Source of the DNA: Thalia democratica | Lineage: Eukaryota | NCBI GenBank assembly: GCA_965202585.1 | Contig: OZ241829.1 | Coordinates: forward strand, 29,698,001 to 29,762,000 | DNA: 64,000 nt | Direction: 5' to 3' | Shown here: one piece after another, positions 48,314 to 62,470 of the stretch | How positions within the stretch are numbered: position 1 is the stretch's first letter | Layout: each line of letters starts with the position of its first letter | Position numbers and translations under genes: made by a program | The notes under the pieces: generated by a model | What the model was told of the DNA's origin: nothing | What the model saw: only the letters and a program-made list of their open reading frames with translations | Database searches by the model: none

Positions 48314-48632
48314 CTGTCGCGTTAAATTTCAGTACACTTCAGTTGCCTGAGCGGACGCACAAAAATAGTTTGAAAACTAACGCATTAGATTAATGCCATA
48401 AAGTAGAAACGATTATAGCTGATACGTGTACAATAAACTTAAAATAAATACATTACACTATGTATTCTTTATTAGTGTTCCCTTTCTATTGTATTAATAT
48501 TTTAATCTGACTTGAAAGTGTTAAATAAATATTTTTCTCCGTTTTACGTATGCCATAAACCATTAAAAACAGAAAACAAAGCAGCTAAGTCATTATCAAC
48601 TTAAACTGAAACAAATGATATTGTTTTCATAC

Positions 48633-48833
48633 CTTTCACACATATAGGAGCCTCAGAACTACTCCATTGTCCGTCGTGGTCGCAAATGTTTATATTTGAA
48701 GAGCCTGGCCACACAACCAAGCCGTTTTTGCACCTGTACTCGACTACAGTGTTGGTCAGCATTCTACCATCCGCTTCACTGCTAGAAATGACAAAAAAAT
48801 CAGTTTCGTCGTTTTCTGGTAAATCTTGGCATT
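48633..48833 (-). CDS. CCP exon, right gene
   Basis: ECQDLPENDETDFFVISSSEADGRMLTNTVVEYRCKNGLVVWPGSSNINICDHDGQWSSSEAPICVK; 201 nt; not in the ORF track. Confidence 0.9.
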
Positions 48834-49413
48834 CTGTGTAAATAAGAGCTTTGATGAAAGCAGTTGTTATTTAAAAAAAATATGTTGCAGATGTCTCTTA
48901 CAGTTTTCAAACCGTGTAAAGTTTATAATTTGGATTTTAAAGAATATACACAATTTTTAAATTTTTTGTTACTATACACTAAAAGAAAGCTTTGAATAAA
49001 GAAGCAAATTTTTTTTTTAAGTTTTATATTTAAACCACAGCTTTGATATAATTAAAATTTTAGTTCTTAATCTTTTTAAACTTATCAAGCCAAAGAACTT
49101 AAAGTTTTCAATTATATAACTTTAAAATATAATTTACTATTAGGCTTTTTTGGTAAAAACTTAGACTATTTTATTTTATTGAATTACAAAATAAAACTGT
49201 GCTTCGGTTGTCAAGTCTAAAAAAAAGTGCTATTTATAACGCTTGCCAAAATAACAGACTAGCAAAAACTTTAAGAGTGTAGCATAGACGTAAAATTTAA
49301 GAACTCAAACTCATTTGTTTAACACAGAAACTGTAGAAAAGTGAAAGGTTGTCTACCGTTTAATAGGATTTTCAATTAAAGAACACCTCTATTCAAAATT
49401 CAAAACATTGAAC

Positions 49414-49593
49414 CTTTAAGGCAGGCTGCGCGGTCCTTCCACCCCATCGTTGTGCACTCTATCCGTCCGGTGTCGGGCCGAGGTATGGCTCCCGGGTCGC
49501 ACGTGAACTCGACGGTTTCGCCGTGCGTGTACTTCTGATCCGCGTCGAAATGGTACTTTCCGTTGTGGAAGTCAGGAAGCGGACTCGGACAAT
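49414..49593 (-). CDS. CCP exon, right gene
   Basis: DCPSPLPDFHNGKY...EFTCDPGAIP...ECTTMGWKDRAACLK; 180 nt. Confidence 0.92.
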
Positions 49594-50266
49594 CTGTTCG
49601 AGTCATTCCATTCATTTATGCGAATAATTTACTTTTGTGTTATTGAGAACTTGAATTTTTATGATGGTTAGAATGATTTATTGTTTTTTTATAAATTTGT
49701 CAAAAACTAATCCGTAGAGAAGTGGAGTTAAAAAATTTATAATGTAGATGATTTAGTTTAGATTAAAGATTGCTTTCCAATTATTTTAAATACAAAGCCT
49801 AATTGTTTTTATGCACATGCAAACATAAATGATTCTATACATTAATAAAATTACTTTCAAAGTATAATAAAACTTTTAATATTATAATTGATGGCATATA
49901 TTACGAAATAATGAGAATAAATATATTATGAGAAATATTAAGTAAAAATAAAAACATGTTTTTTTTTTTGTTTTTAACACAAGTACAAAACACGTTTTTT
50001 TGATGTTTAAAAAAAACATCTTTTTCTAAACTTAAAATTTACAAATGTTTTAATTTTATAACAAACTGTGATATGTAAAGCAGACAATTTTATTATATTA
50101 GTAACAATCATATTAATAATCATTTTTCAAACTATTTTAAATCTCACATTAGTTCTAAACGTGTTTTATTTTTTTCTTTGCAAACTTACCTTAGTTATAT
50201 GAAAAAAAAATCTTAAAATGTATAATCTTGTCAATGAAATTACGCCATTTTCAGTTTGAAACCTAC

Positions 50267-50395
50267 CGTCGTATACAAAATTTTTGTCTATTACGAGAGC
50301 ATTAAAGTTTCCATCGTATTTACATTCCGCCCAGCTCGGAACCGCAGCGTGTTCTGGAAATCTGCCAGTAAGTACAGCCCAAGATTCTGAGTTGC
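50267..50395 (-). CDS. ILEI/PANDER-like domain exon 3
   Basis: GNSESWAVLTGRFPEHAAVPSWAECKYDGNFNALVIDKNFVYD; the SWAxL motif fits the end of ILEI domains. Confidence 0.75.
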
Positions 50396-50460
50396 CTAAA
50401 AAAAAAACGATTTCACCAGGTTTGCCAGGAGTAATATTTTGAAGTAGGGCTTTTAAAAAC

Positions 50461-50632
50461 CTGGAAATAGTGTGCAGTCTTTCAAACGATCAATACCGAG
50501 TCTTCTCATAGTGTCAAACACCGGACCATCAGTGTTAATATTTTTCTCTGCGGCTGCTTGCCCACGTACTGTCATCATGATAATGTCCCCGTAACTTGAG
50601 TTATTTAATATAAAATCTGACATTCGTACAAT
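50461..50632 (-). CDS. ILEI/PANDER-like domain exon 2
   Basis: IVRMSDFILNNSSYGDIIMMTVRGQAAAEKNINTDGPVFDTMRRLGIDRLKDCTLFP; phase 0-1; fits the RLxDFL..GxIVLxxVxD..LG pattern. Confidence 0.8.
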
Positions 50633-51165
50633 CTGAAATTTAAGAACTAAATTGTATTTTGGTTTCTATGTCAAAAAGTGTAGATGATGTTTGGTATTTT
50701 TAGCATGTGTTTTCGTACAAGATGTTATAAAGTGTATAGTGTTAAACAATAATTAAATACTATTTTTCAGTTTAAAGCAAAAATTTTTTTTTCTAGCATG
50801 CTGTACAGAAGTTAGTACCTCATGTATTATTGTTATAACTTAGATTTCTAAATAATAAAAACTAAAATTAAGAAAGAGTAGTTTTTTTCTTATGGATTTG
50901 GATTTATGTAAATAATATAAAGTCTAAATACAATAAAGTTTATATAAAACCTTTCTAAAAATAAAAAACGGAAATTTCTGTTATACTTTTAGCTGCGTAA
51001 TTACAAAAATATTTCTAGAGTTATTAAACAAAGCTTCAACTCAGCGTGGAATATCTTAAAGTTATTTTACTGAATTAAATAAAAAAAGCTTCTAAAACAA
51101 AAACTCTAATTTTTGCTAAACCGTGCTTAAAGTCTGAAACAAAATTTATCAAAAAAAAACTGTAC

Positions 51166-51356
51166 ATGTTCGTGACCCCGGACAGTGTCAAACTTCATCG
51201 ATTGGATAGTTCTAGTAATTGGATCGAGTATGGCAACGCCGATTCCTCTGGTACTATCGCACAAATTGTTCCCACCCTTTTCAAACTTGATTACGCAATT
51301 CTGTCCCAAAGCATTCGTGTCATATCCTCGTGATAAGCCATAAGCATACAACTCAG
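51166..51356 (-). CDS. ILEI/PANDER-like (GG-type lectin fold) domain exon 1
   Basis: TELYAYGLSRGYDTNALGQNCVIKFEKGGNNLCDSTRGIGVAILDPITRTIQSMKFDTVRGHEH; RGIxVAxLD..FDT motif. Confidence 0.8.
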
Positions 51357-51431
51357 CTGAAATTGAAGCATTTAAACAGTTACGTTTCGCGTTTACGTTT
51401 TCTGCTTGTGCCTGTATAACAGCTAGCTTAC

Positions 51432-51632
51432 TTGGCTCGCAGACCGGGGGCTCAGTGTGATCCCAGGTACCATCATCTTGACAGGTTATTTCTTCCGGAT
51501 ACTCGCCAGCCATTTCGTGAAACTTGTCGCACTCGTAGCTGTGCACAGTTGTTCCGGGTAACCAAACTTCATCGGCTGTTTCGTATGTAACTTGGTACTT
51601 CGAATAACCGGTTGTGGGTGGGTCTGGACAAA
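51432..51632 (-). CDS. CCP exon, right gene
   Basis: CPDPPTTGYSKY...SYECDKFHEM...TCQDDGTWDHTEPPVCEP; 201 nt; gtaagc donor. Confidence 0.92.
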
Positions 51633-52342
51633 CTGTGTTAAACAGCATGGTTTTAACGCTCTTTTTTGTTGAGTTTTGTAGACAAAACTTTGCTTAGTTT
51701 GAAGAATTTCAACTCATAGTTTTATAAAATCCTAAAATTTTTCATTTTAAAAAATTAAAAATTGTTTAAAGAGACGCTGGTTTTCGTTTGGTGTTAAGCT
51801 TTAAAAGTTATTTATTCTGGATAAGTTACTTTGTCCGATAAAATTGATATACACTGTTGAAATTTTGCGAAAATTAGGTACTTTTAATATTTTATCTTTA
51901 TTATGAATACTTTTTTATGATTTTTGTTTGTTACCTACAAAATAAATATAAATAAAAAAGAAGCAGATTATTTGTGTAAACAAACGTTAAGATTAAAACT
52001 ATAAATTATTCATTATCACTTAAAGTTTAGTTACAAATGTAAAATTTAAGTTCAAGGAACAAACTATAAACACCTTAAGTTATAAAAGTCATTTAAGATT
52101 TTGACAATTGCTACATTTTTGATCTTTAAAGTATTTAGTTTTAATGCACAAACTAAGATGTTTTGATAGTGTCAAAAATTGTTTTAATAAAAATCTTAAT
52201 ACTCTGACTCGGCTATCTTGTTAATTAGAAACATATTTAAGTTCATTAAACGAAAATTAACTGTACTTAAGAACCTTATTGTTGTATAAACAAGCTTTCT
52301 AATTCAGCAAACGTCGTTCTTACTGAAATTCATGTGACTTAC

Positions 52343-52513
52343 GCTTGGAACATTTAGCTTGCGCACCCCAACCGGTTTCTCCACACTCAATCACACCACT
52401 TAGTGGCCATGCTCCACTGTCGCATTTAAAACCAACGGTATCACCTTGAGCGTAGTTGCTTGAAAGTTCTTCGTCGTAGTCTCCGTTTGCAAATTCCGAT
52501 GGCTTTGAACACG
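52343..52513 (-). CDS. CCP exon, right gene
   Basis: CSKPSEFANGDY...GFKCDSGAWPLSGVIECGETGWGAQAKCSK; 171 nt. Confidence 0.92.
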
Positions 52514-52753
52514 CTGTAATGATCAAACAGTTGAGGGTTTGAGCAAACAAAGTTTGCCAGCAGTTAAATACGACCTTTTATTTTTGAAAAAGTCAATGCA
52601 AGAAAGACGTAAATGTAAGTCCGTAGTAAATAACTTTAGATAATAAAAGTAAGATGTCATTTAAATCACCTTCAATGAAAAAACAAACTAGTTAGGTCAC
52701 TAACTTTACCTTAACATAAGACAGATAAGCAGTATGAAATATACAGAACTGAC

Positions 52754-52954
52754 ATATAGGTACACAAGTAGCCAAATCTTCTGTTGACACGCTGAAGAGT
52801 CCACTTCCAAGGCACTCTGTAGAAAGTGCTTTAGAGTTTTCTCCGTGAGCAAAATACCCGGTATTGCATTCGTAACTCAAAGTAGTTCCTTCCGTAACAT
52901 ACTTTTCAGGATTATTGAAAGTTCCGTCAACTATCTCTGGCGGATCATTACAAA
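52754..52954 (-). CDS. CCP exon immediately after the array, right gene
   Basis: CNDPPEIVDGTF...SYECNTGYF...ECLGSGLFSVSTEDLATCVPI; 201 nt. Confidence 0.92.
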
Positions 52955-53983
52955 CTGAAATAATATTCAATAAGTTTTTAAGCTTTAATGACTAAAGACA
53001 AATTGATCATCAAATTAAAAACTAATGCTCTCCTCTTGATAATTTTTTTAATGCTTATTGTTTAATAAAGCTGAACAAGTTATCAAAGTAAAACACAAAA
53101 TTAAAACTGTATATGTTTCAGAAATTTATAATTTCTAAATCTACTTATTAAAATACTGTTTTAAAAAACTTAGCATTCTTAGATTTCAATTTGCTTTTAC
53201 ATTACTACTGGCAGATTCTTACTAGTAGTCCCAAGTTGTGTTGCTGAAATTTGAATTACCTTACCTAACAGCTCTAAAACTTAAATGAAATAGTTTTTTT
53301 TATAATTATATTCAATTTCTTCTATACTGCTAAGAATTTATTAAGTAAGCCTATATAAATAGTATATCCATTTTAAAATTAAAATTTTATTTTCAAGATA
53401 TGATTCATTTAAGTTTTTATAACAATTTGAATTGTAAGATTTCAAATGTCGAAATTTAACTGTCAAGTAATTTTATTTACAATATAATACGAAAAATCTA
53501 ACGCTTAGTTAAGTAAGTATTTATAGTTATGCCGCAAAAACTGATAAATCTTTAACTAAACCCATACTTAAAAATAAAAATCACTTAAAAAGTTCAAAGT
53601 TTGATAAAAGACTTATAAAACGCACAATTAAAGTTACCTAAGACTTGTTAATACATTTTAGTGGTAGTTTCGTTGTTACAAACTTTTATTTTTAATTTAA
53701 CTAGATTTTAAGTATACCTCAATTATTGTTTAATTTAGTTACCTTATATTTATGTAAAATGATACAATCACTACGATAGAAAAAGTGGTAATTTAAGTAC
53801 AAAAACTTAATATTGGAACAATAATTAATTCTAAAAATTATATTCTGCAGAAAGCTTAGATAATATAATCTTATAATCAATGTTTATAGATGTGAAATAC
53901 CTCTAAACTTAGATACCTTAGTGTTGTATAAACTAACAAAAGTATTACAAGGAAAAAGTAAAAACAATTATGTTAATACTTAC

Positions 53984-56900
53984 TCTTTAAGCAACTCATT
54001 GGGTTGGCTGTGTCGAAAGGTGGTGAAAGTGCTCCATTTTGGCAAGTTCTTTTTGGCACATCGGTCGAAAGGGAAGCATACCCTTCTGAACAGTTGTAAG
54101 TTGTACTTTGGCCATGATTAATCGGCGCTGCTGGATATGGCTGAGAGTTCGTTACAGTATGAAAATCATTGCAATCTGAAATTATTTTAGTGCTTTGATC
54201 TTTAAATTTTTAAAGTTTTTTTCAATATTGTTATTTGTTTTTACTTGCTGACTTATATGTGCAATATTCTAAAGTGCATATTATATTAAGATAGTTTTTT
54301 ACGGTAAGATGGCGGTACTGATTACATTTATGTAATGAATGTAATAGCTTTAGAAGTTTTCAATATAAAACTTTTGTTTTCAAATAAGTTTTAATTACTG
54401 TTAAGACTTTAATTACGTTCTGTTCTTTAAGTTACCAAAAGTTACAGTAAAACTTCATTTGAAGCCGAAAAACTTTAGATTTTTAGACTATGAAAAACTT
54501 AACATTTTAGAAATATGAATTAAAACAAATTCCACTATGTTAGTGTTTTCAACTTACTTTGGTAACATATGACTTCAGTATCTGGATTGAGCTCGCCGTC
54601 ATTACAAGTTCTAGTATCGTCCCCGGTCAGTGTGTAGTTTTCATTGCATTCAAAAGTTACAGTTTCTGAAGAAATATAAACCGTCCTACCGTCTTTAGTA
54701 TCACCGTTCGCAGGCTTGGTTATTGTGCACTCTGTTTATAACAGTACTTTGGTTTTAAAGTTTGTAGCAAACAATAATGCTTAAAAGCTATAATTTAAGA
54801 TTTATATCAATTTTAATGAAATTTTGCAAGCCGAATTGAACTTCTAACAAACATGTTAAAACCTTTTTGTTTGATAAACTTGAATAAGTATAACTGAAGC
54901 TGAAACACTTTTATTAATTTTACAAAAAAAAAACACAAAGAAGTTAAAAAACCAAAAAATACTCTTATTTAAGTACCTTGTAGTTGAAAACATGAAAGAG
55001 GTTATTTAAAAAGTACAATTGCTTAGTACTACAATACAATGCAAAACAAGTATGTAAATAAAAAGCTTATGTGCTAAAATTTTTAATTAAATAATAATTT
55101 CAATGTATATGATAAGTAAATTCAAAAAGTTATTAAGATAGAAGAAAGTTGAAGAATTTTATAACTCCTGCTTAAAAATAATTAGAATACTTAAGTTGTT
55201 TTAAACATCGTCTAATAGTATTTTTTTTCATGATGGTTTATATAACGAGTGTAGAACTTTAAAACAAACCTTAGCTAAATTGTATCATTTCTAACCTTAA
55301 GTATTTGATGTTTGAAAGTTATATTCTGCAGAAAGCTTAGATAATATAATCTTATAATCAATGTTTATAGATGTGAAATACCTCGAAACTTAGATACCTT
55401 AGTGTTGTATAAACTAACAAAAGTATTACAAGGAAAAAGTAAAAACAATTATGTTAATACTTACTCTTTAAGCAACTCATTGGGTTGGCTGTGTCGAAAG
55501 GTGGTGAAAGTGCTCCATTTTGGCAAGTTCTTTTTGGCACATCGGTCGAAAGGGAAGCATACCCTTCCGAACAGTTGTAAGTTGTACTTTGGCCATGATT
55601 AATCGGCGCTGCTGGATATGGCTGAGAGTTCGTTACAGTATGAAAATCATTGCAATCTGAAATTATTTTAGTGCTTTGATCTTTAAATTTTTAAAGTTTT
55701 TTTCAATATTGTTATTTGTTTTTACTTGCTGACTTATATGTGCAATATTCTAAAGTGCATATTATATTAAGATAGTTTTTTACGGTAAGATGGCGGTACT
55801 GATTACATTTATGTAATGAATGTAATAGCTTTAGAAGTTTTCAATATAAAACTTTTGTTTTCAAATAAGTTTTAATTACTGTTAAGACTTTAATTACGTT
55901 CTGTTCTTTAAGTTACCAAAAGTTACAGTAAAACTTCATTTGAAGCCGAAAAACTTTAGATTTTTAGACTATGAAAAACTTAACATTTTAGAAATATGAA
56001 TTAAAACAAATTCCACTATGTTAGTGTTTTCAACTTACTTTGGTAACATATGACTTCAGTATCTGGATTGAGCTCGCCGTCATTACAAGTTCTAGTGTCG
56101 TCCCCGGTCAGTGTGTAGTTTTCATTGCATTCAAAAGTTACAGTTTCTGAAGAAATATAAACCGTCCTACCGTCTTTAGTATCACCGTTCGCAGGCTTGG
56201 TTATTGTGCACTCTGTTTATAACAGTACTTTGGTTTTAAAGTTTGTAGCAAACAATAATGCTTAAAAGCTATAATTTAAGATTTATATCAATTTTAATGA
56301 AATTTTGCAAGCCGAATTGAACTTCTAACAAACATGTTAAAACCTTTTTGTTTGATAAACTTGAATAAGTATAACTGAAGCTGAAACACTTTTATTAATT
56401 TTACAAAAAAAAAAACACAAAGAAGTTAAAAAACCAAAAAATACTCTTATTTAAGTACCTTGTAGTTGAAAACATGAAAGAGGTTATTTAAAAAGTACAA
56501 TTGCTTAGTACTACAATACAATGCAAAACAAGTATGTAAATAAAAAGCTTATGTGCTAAAATTTTTAAATAAATAATAATTTCAATGTATATGATAAGTA
56601 AATTCAAAAAGTTATTAAGATAGAAGAAAGTTGAAGAATTTTATAACTCCTGCTTAAAAATAATTAGAATACTTAAGTTGTTTTAAACATCGTCTAATAG
56701 TATTTTTTTTCATGATGGTTTATATAACGAGTGTAGAACTTTAAAACAAACCTTAGCTAAATTGTATCATTTCTAACCTTAAGTATTTGATGTTTGAAAG
56801 TTATATTCTGCAGAAAACTTAAATAATAATTATTCTATAATCAATTTTATTAGATGTGAAACATCTCTAAATTTCGGTACCTTAGTGCTGTATAAACTAA

Positions 56901-59900
56901 CAAAAGTACTAAAGGAAAAAATAAAAACAGTTATGTTAATACTTACTCTTTAAGCAACTCATTGGGTTGGCTGTGTCGAAAGGTGGTGAAAGTGCTCCAT
57001 TTTGGCAAGTTCTTTTTGGCACATCGGTCGAAAGGGAAGCATACCCTTCTGAACAGTTGTAAGTTGTACTTTGGCCATGATTAATCGGCGCTGCTGGATA
57101 TGGCTGAGAGTTCGTTACAGTATGAAAATCATTGCAATCTGAAATTATTTTAGTGCTTTGATCTTTAAATTTTTAAAGTTTTTTTCAATATTGTTATTTG
57201 TTTTTACTTGCTGACTTATATGTGCAATATTCTAAAGTGCATATTATATTAAGATAGTTTTTTACGGTAAGATGGCGGTACTGATTACATTTATGTAATG
57301 AATGTAATAGCTTTAGAAGTTTTCAATATAAAACTTGTGTATTCAAATAAGTTTTAATTACTGTTAGGACTTTAATTACGTTCTGTTCTTTAAGTTACCA
57401 AAAGTTACAGTAAAACTTCATTTGAATCCGAAAAACTTTAGATTTTTAGACTATGAAAAACTTAACATTTTAGAAATATAAATTAAAACAAATTCCACTA
57501 TGTTAGTGTTTTCAACTTACTTTGGTAACATATGACTTCAGTATCTGGATTGAGCTGGCCGTCATTACAAGTTCTAGTATCGTCCCCGGTCAGTGTGTAG
57601 TTTTCATTGCATATAAAAGTTACAGTTTCTGAAGAAATATAAACCGTCCTACCGTCTTTAGTATCACCGTTCGCAGGCTTGGTTATTGTGCACTCTGTTT
57701 ATAACAGTACTTTGGTTTTAAAGTTTGTAGCAAACAATAATGCTTAAAAGCTATAATTTAAGATTTATATCAATTTTAATGAAATTTTGCAAGCCGAATT
57801 GAACTTCTAACAAACATGTTAAAACCTTTTTGTTTGATAAACTTGAATAAGTATAACTGAAGCTGAAACACTTTTATTAATTTTACAAAAAAAAAAACAC
57901 AAAGAAGTTAAAAAACCAAAAAATACTCTTATTTAAGTACCTTGTAGTTGAAAACATGAAAGAGGTTATTTAAAAAGTACAATTGCTTAGTACTACAATA
58001 CAATGCAAAACAAGTATGTAAATAAAAAGCTTATGTGCTAAAATTTTCAATTAAATAATAATTTCAATGTATATGATAAGTAAATTCAAAAAGTTATTAA
58101 GATAGAAGAAAGTTGAAGAATTTTATAACTCCTGCTTAAAAATAATTAGAATACTTAGTTGTTTTAAACATCGTCCAATAGTATTTTTTTTCTTGATGGT
58201 TTGTATAACGAGTGTAGAACTTTAAAACAAACCTTAGCTAAATTGTATCATTTCTAACCTTAAGTATTTGATGTTTGAAAGTTATATTCTGCAGAAAACT
58301 TAAATAATAATTATTCTATAATCAATTTTATTAGATGTGAAACATCTCTAAATTTAGGTACCTTAGTGCTGTATAAACTAACAAAAGTACTAAAGGAAAA
58401 AATAAAAACAGTTATGTTAATACTTACTCTTTAAGCAACTCATTGGGTTGGCTGTGTCGAAAGGTGGTGAAAGTGCTCCATTTTGGCAAGTTCTTTTTGG
58501 CACATCGGTCGAAAGGGAAGCATACCCTTCTGAACAGTTGTAAGTTGTACTTTGGCCATGATTAATCGGCGCTGCTGGATATGGCTGAGAGTTCGTTACA
58601 GTATGAAAATCATTGCAATCTGAAATTATTTTAGTGCTTTGATCTTTAAATTTTTAAAGTTTTTTTCAATATTGTTATTTGTTTTTACTTGCTGACGTAT
58701 ATGTGCAATATTCTAAAGTGCATATTATATTAGGATAATTTTTTACGGTAAGATGGCGGTACTGATTACATTTATGTAATGAATTATGTAGCTTTAGAAG
58801 TTTTCAATATAAAACTTGTGTATTCAAATAAGTTTTAATTACTGTTAGACTTTAATTACGTTCTGTTCTTTAAGTTACCAAAAGTTACAGTAAAACTTCA
58901 TTTGAATCCGAAAAACTTTAGATTTTTAGACTATGAAAAACTTAACATTTTAGAAATATAAATTAAAACAAATTCCACTATGTTAGTGTTTTCAACTTAC
59001 TTTGGTAACATATGACTTCAGTATCTGGATTGAGCTCGCCGTCATTACAAGTTCTAGTATCGTCCCCGGTCAGTGTGTAGTTTTCATTGCATTCAAAAGT
59101 TACAGTTTCTGAAGAAATATAAACCGTCCTACCGTCTTTAGTATCACCGTTCGCAGGCTTGGTTATTGTGCACTCTGTTTATAACAGTACTTTGGTTTTA
59201 AAGTTTGTAGCAAACAATAATGCTTAAAAGCTATAATTTAAGATTTATATCAATTTTAATGAAATTTTGCAAGCCGAATTGAACTTCTAACAAACATGTT
59301 AAAACCTTTTTGTTTGATAAACTTGAATAAGTATAACTGAAGCTGAAACACTTTTATTAATTTTACAAAAAAAAAAACACAAAGAAGTTAAAAAACCAAA
59401 AAATACTCTTATTTAAGTACCTTGTAGTTGAAAACATGAAAGAGGTTATTTAAAAAGTACAATTGCTTAGTACTACAATACAATGCAAAACAAGTATGTA
59501 AATAAAAAGCTTATGTGCTAAAATTTTCAATTAAATAATAATTTCAATGTATATGATAAGTAAATTCAAAAAGTTATTAAGATAGAAGAAAGTTGAAGAA
59601 TTTTATAACTCCTGCTTAAAAATAATTAGAATACTTAAGTTGTTTTAAACATCGTCCAATAGTATTTTTTTTCTTGATGGTTTGTATAACGAGTGTAGAA
59701 CTTTAAAACAAACCTTAGCTAAATTGTATCATTTCTAACCTTAAGTATTTGATGTTTGAAAGTTATATTCTGCAGAAAACTTAAATAATAATTATTCTAT
59801 AATCAATTTTATTAGATGTGAAACATCTCTAAATTTAGGTACCTTAGTGCTGTATAAACTAACAAAAGTACTAAAGGAAAAAATAAAAACAGTTATGTTA

Positions 59901-62470
59901 ATACTTACTCTTTAAGCAACTCATTGGGTTGGCTGTGTCGAAAGGTGGTGAAAGTGCTCCATTTTGGCAAGTTCTTTTTGGCACATCGGTCGAAAGGGAA
60001 GCATACCCTTCTGAACAGTTGTAAGTTGTACTTTGGCCATGATTAATCGGCGCTGCTGGATATGGCTGAGAGTTCGTTACAGTATGAAAATCATTGCAAT
60101 CTGAAATTATTTTAGTGCTTTGATCTTTAAATTTTTAAAGTTTTTTTCAATATTGTTATTTGTTTTTACTTGCTGACGTATATGTGCAATATTCTAAAGT
60201 GCATATTATATTAGGATAATTTTTTACGGTAAGATGGCGGTACTGATTACATTTATGTAATGAATTATGTAGCTTTAGAAGTTTTCAATATAAAACTTGT
60301 GTATTCAAATAAGTTTTAATTACTGTTAGGACTTTAATTACGTTCTGTTCTTTAAGTTACCAAAAGTTACAGTAAAACTTCATTTGAATCCGAAAAACTT
60401 TAGATTTTTAGACTATGAAAAACTTAACATTTTAGAAATATAAATTAAAACAAATTCCACTATGTTAGTGTTTTCAACTTACTTTGGTAACATATGACTT
60501 CAGTATCTGGATTGAGCTCGCCGTCATTACAAGTTCTAGTATCGTCCCCGGTCAGTGTGTAGTCTTCATTGCATATAAAAGTTACAGTTTCTGAAGAAAT
60601 ATAAACCGTCCTACCGTCTCGAGTATCACCGTTCGCAGGCTTGGTTATTGTGCACTCTGTTTATAACAGTACTTTGGTTTTAAAGTTTGTAGCAAACAAT
60701 AATGCTAAAAAGATATAATTTAAAATTTATATTAATTTTAATGAAATTTTGCAAGCCGATTTGAACTTCTAACAAACATGTTAAAACCTTTTTATTTGAT
60801 AAATCTGGTCTAAAAGAGTTTTATTAAAGCTTGAATGTCAATAAGTATAACTGAAGCTTAAATACTTTTACTAATTTTACAAAAAAAAAACCACTAAGAA
60901 GTGGGTAGCTTCAAATTTACACTACTGTTTTTGATTTACTTGAAAATCATTCAACTAATTTGCACATTTGCTGAGTCAGCAAAATGTTTTAAAAGCTTTT
61001 TTCAATTTTTTTCTATATTTATACCCTTAACTCTTAACTTTACCCAAACATTGAAAAAAAATCAAAATTAAAGTTTTATTATTTAAATAAAAAAGTAAAC
61101 AAGAAAAAAAAATCGCTGACTTATCAAATTTGCAAATTAGTTGCACGATTTTCAAGTAAGTCAAAAACAGTAGTGGAAATTTGAAGCTAACCAAAAGAAG
61201 TTTAACAACCAAAAAATACTCTTATTTAAGTACCTTGTAGTTGAAAACATGAAAGAGGTTATTTAAAAAGTACAATTGCTTAGTACTACAATACAATGCA
61301 AAACAAGTGTGTAAATAAAAAGCTTATGTGCTAAAATTTTCAATTAAATAATAATTTCAATGTATATGATAAGTAAATTCAAAAAGTCATTAAGATAGAA
61401 AAAAGTTGAAGAATTTTATAACTCCTGCTTGAAAATAATTAGAATACTTAAGTTGTTTTAAACATCGTCTAATAGTATTTTTTTTCTTGATGGTTTGTAT
61501 AATGAATGTAGAACTTTAAAACAAACCTTAGCTAAAACTGTATCATTTCTAACCTTAAGTATTTGATGTTTGAAAGTTATATTCTGCAGAAATCTTAAAT
61601 AATAATTATTTTATAATCAATTTCATTAGATGTCAAACACCTCTAAATTTAGGTACCTTAGTGTTGTGTAAACTATCATAAGTATTAAAGGAAAAAGTAA
61701 AAACAATTATGTTAATACTTACTCTTTAAGCAACTCATTGGGTTGGCTGTGTCGAAAGGTGGTGAAAGTGCTCCATTTTGGCAAGTTCTTTTTGGCACAT
61801 CGGTCGAAAGGGAAGCATACCCTTCTGAACAGTTGTAAGTTGTACTTTGGCCATGATTAATCGGCGCTGCTGGATATGGTTGAGAGTTCGTCACAGTATG
61901 AAAATAATTGCAATCTGAAATTATTTTAGTGCTTTGATCTTTAAATTTTTAAAGTATTTTTCAATATTGTTATTTTTTTTTACTTGCTGACATATATGTG
62001 CAATATTCTAAAGTGCATATTATATTAAGATAGTTTTTTACGGTAAGATGGCGGTACTGATCACATTTATGTAATGAATTATGTAGCTTTAGAAGTTTTC
62101 AATATAAAACTTGTGTATTCAAATAAGTTTTAATTACTGTTAGGACTTTAATTACGTTCTGTTCTTTAAGTTACCAAAAGTTACAGCAAAACTTCATTTG
62201 AAGTCTAAAAACTTTAGATTTTTAAACTTTGAAAAGCTTAAAATATTAGAAATATGAATTAAAACAAATTCCACTATGTTAGTGTTTTCAACTTACTTTG
62301 GTAACATATGACTTCAGTATCTGGATTGAGCTCGCCGTCATTACAAGTTCTAGTATCGTCCCCGATCAGTGTGTAGTCTTCATCGCATACAAAAGTTACA
62401 GTTTCTGAAGAAATATAAACCGTCCTACCGTCTTTAGTATCACCGTTCGCAGGCTTGGTTATTGTGCACT
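53984..62470 (-). CDS. 12 repeated CCP exons (6 x B-A pair), right gene
   Basis: A: 53984-54175, 55465-55656, 56947-57138, 58428-58619, 59909-60100, 61723-61914. B: 54558-54731, 56039-56212, 57521-57694, 59001-59174, 60483-60656, 62297-62470. All are open with intact splice sites. Confidence 0.93.
60903..61192. mobile_element. Second copy of the 290-bp Mutator-like MITE
   Basis: Same TIRs and same position as 13862-14151 (offset 47041). Confidence 0.8.
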
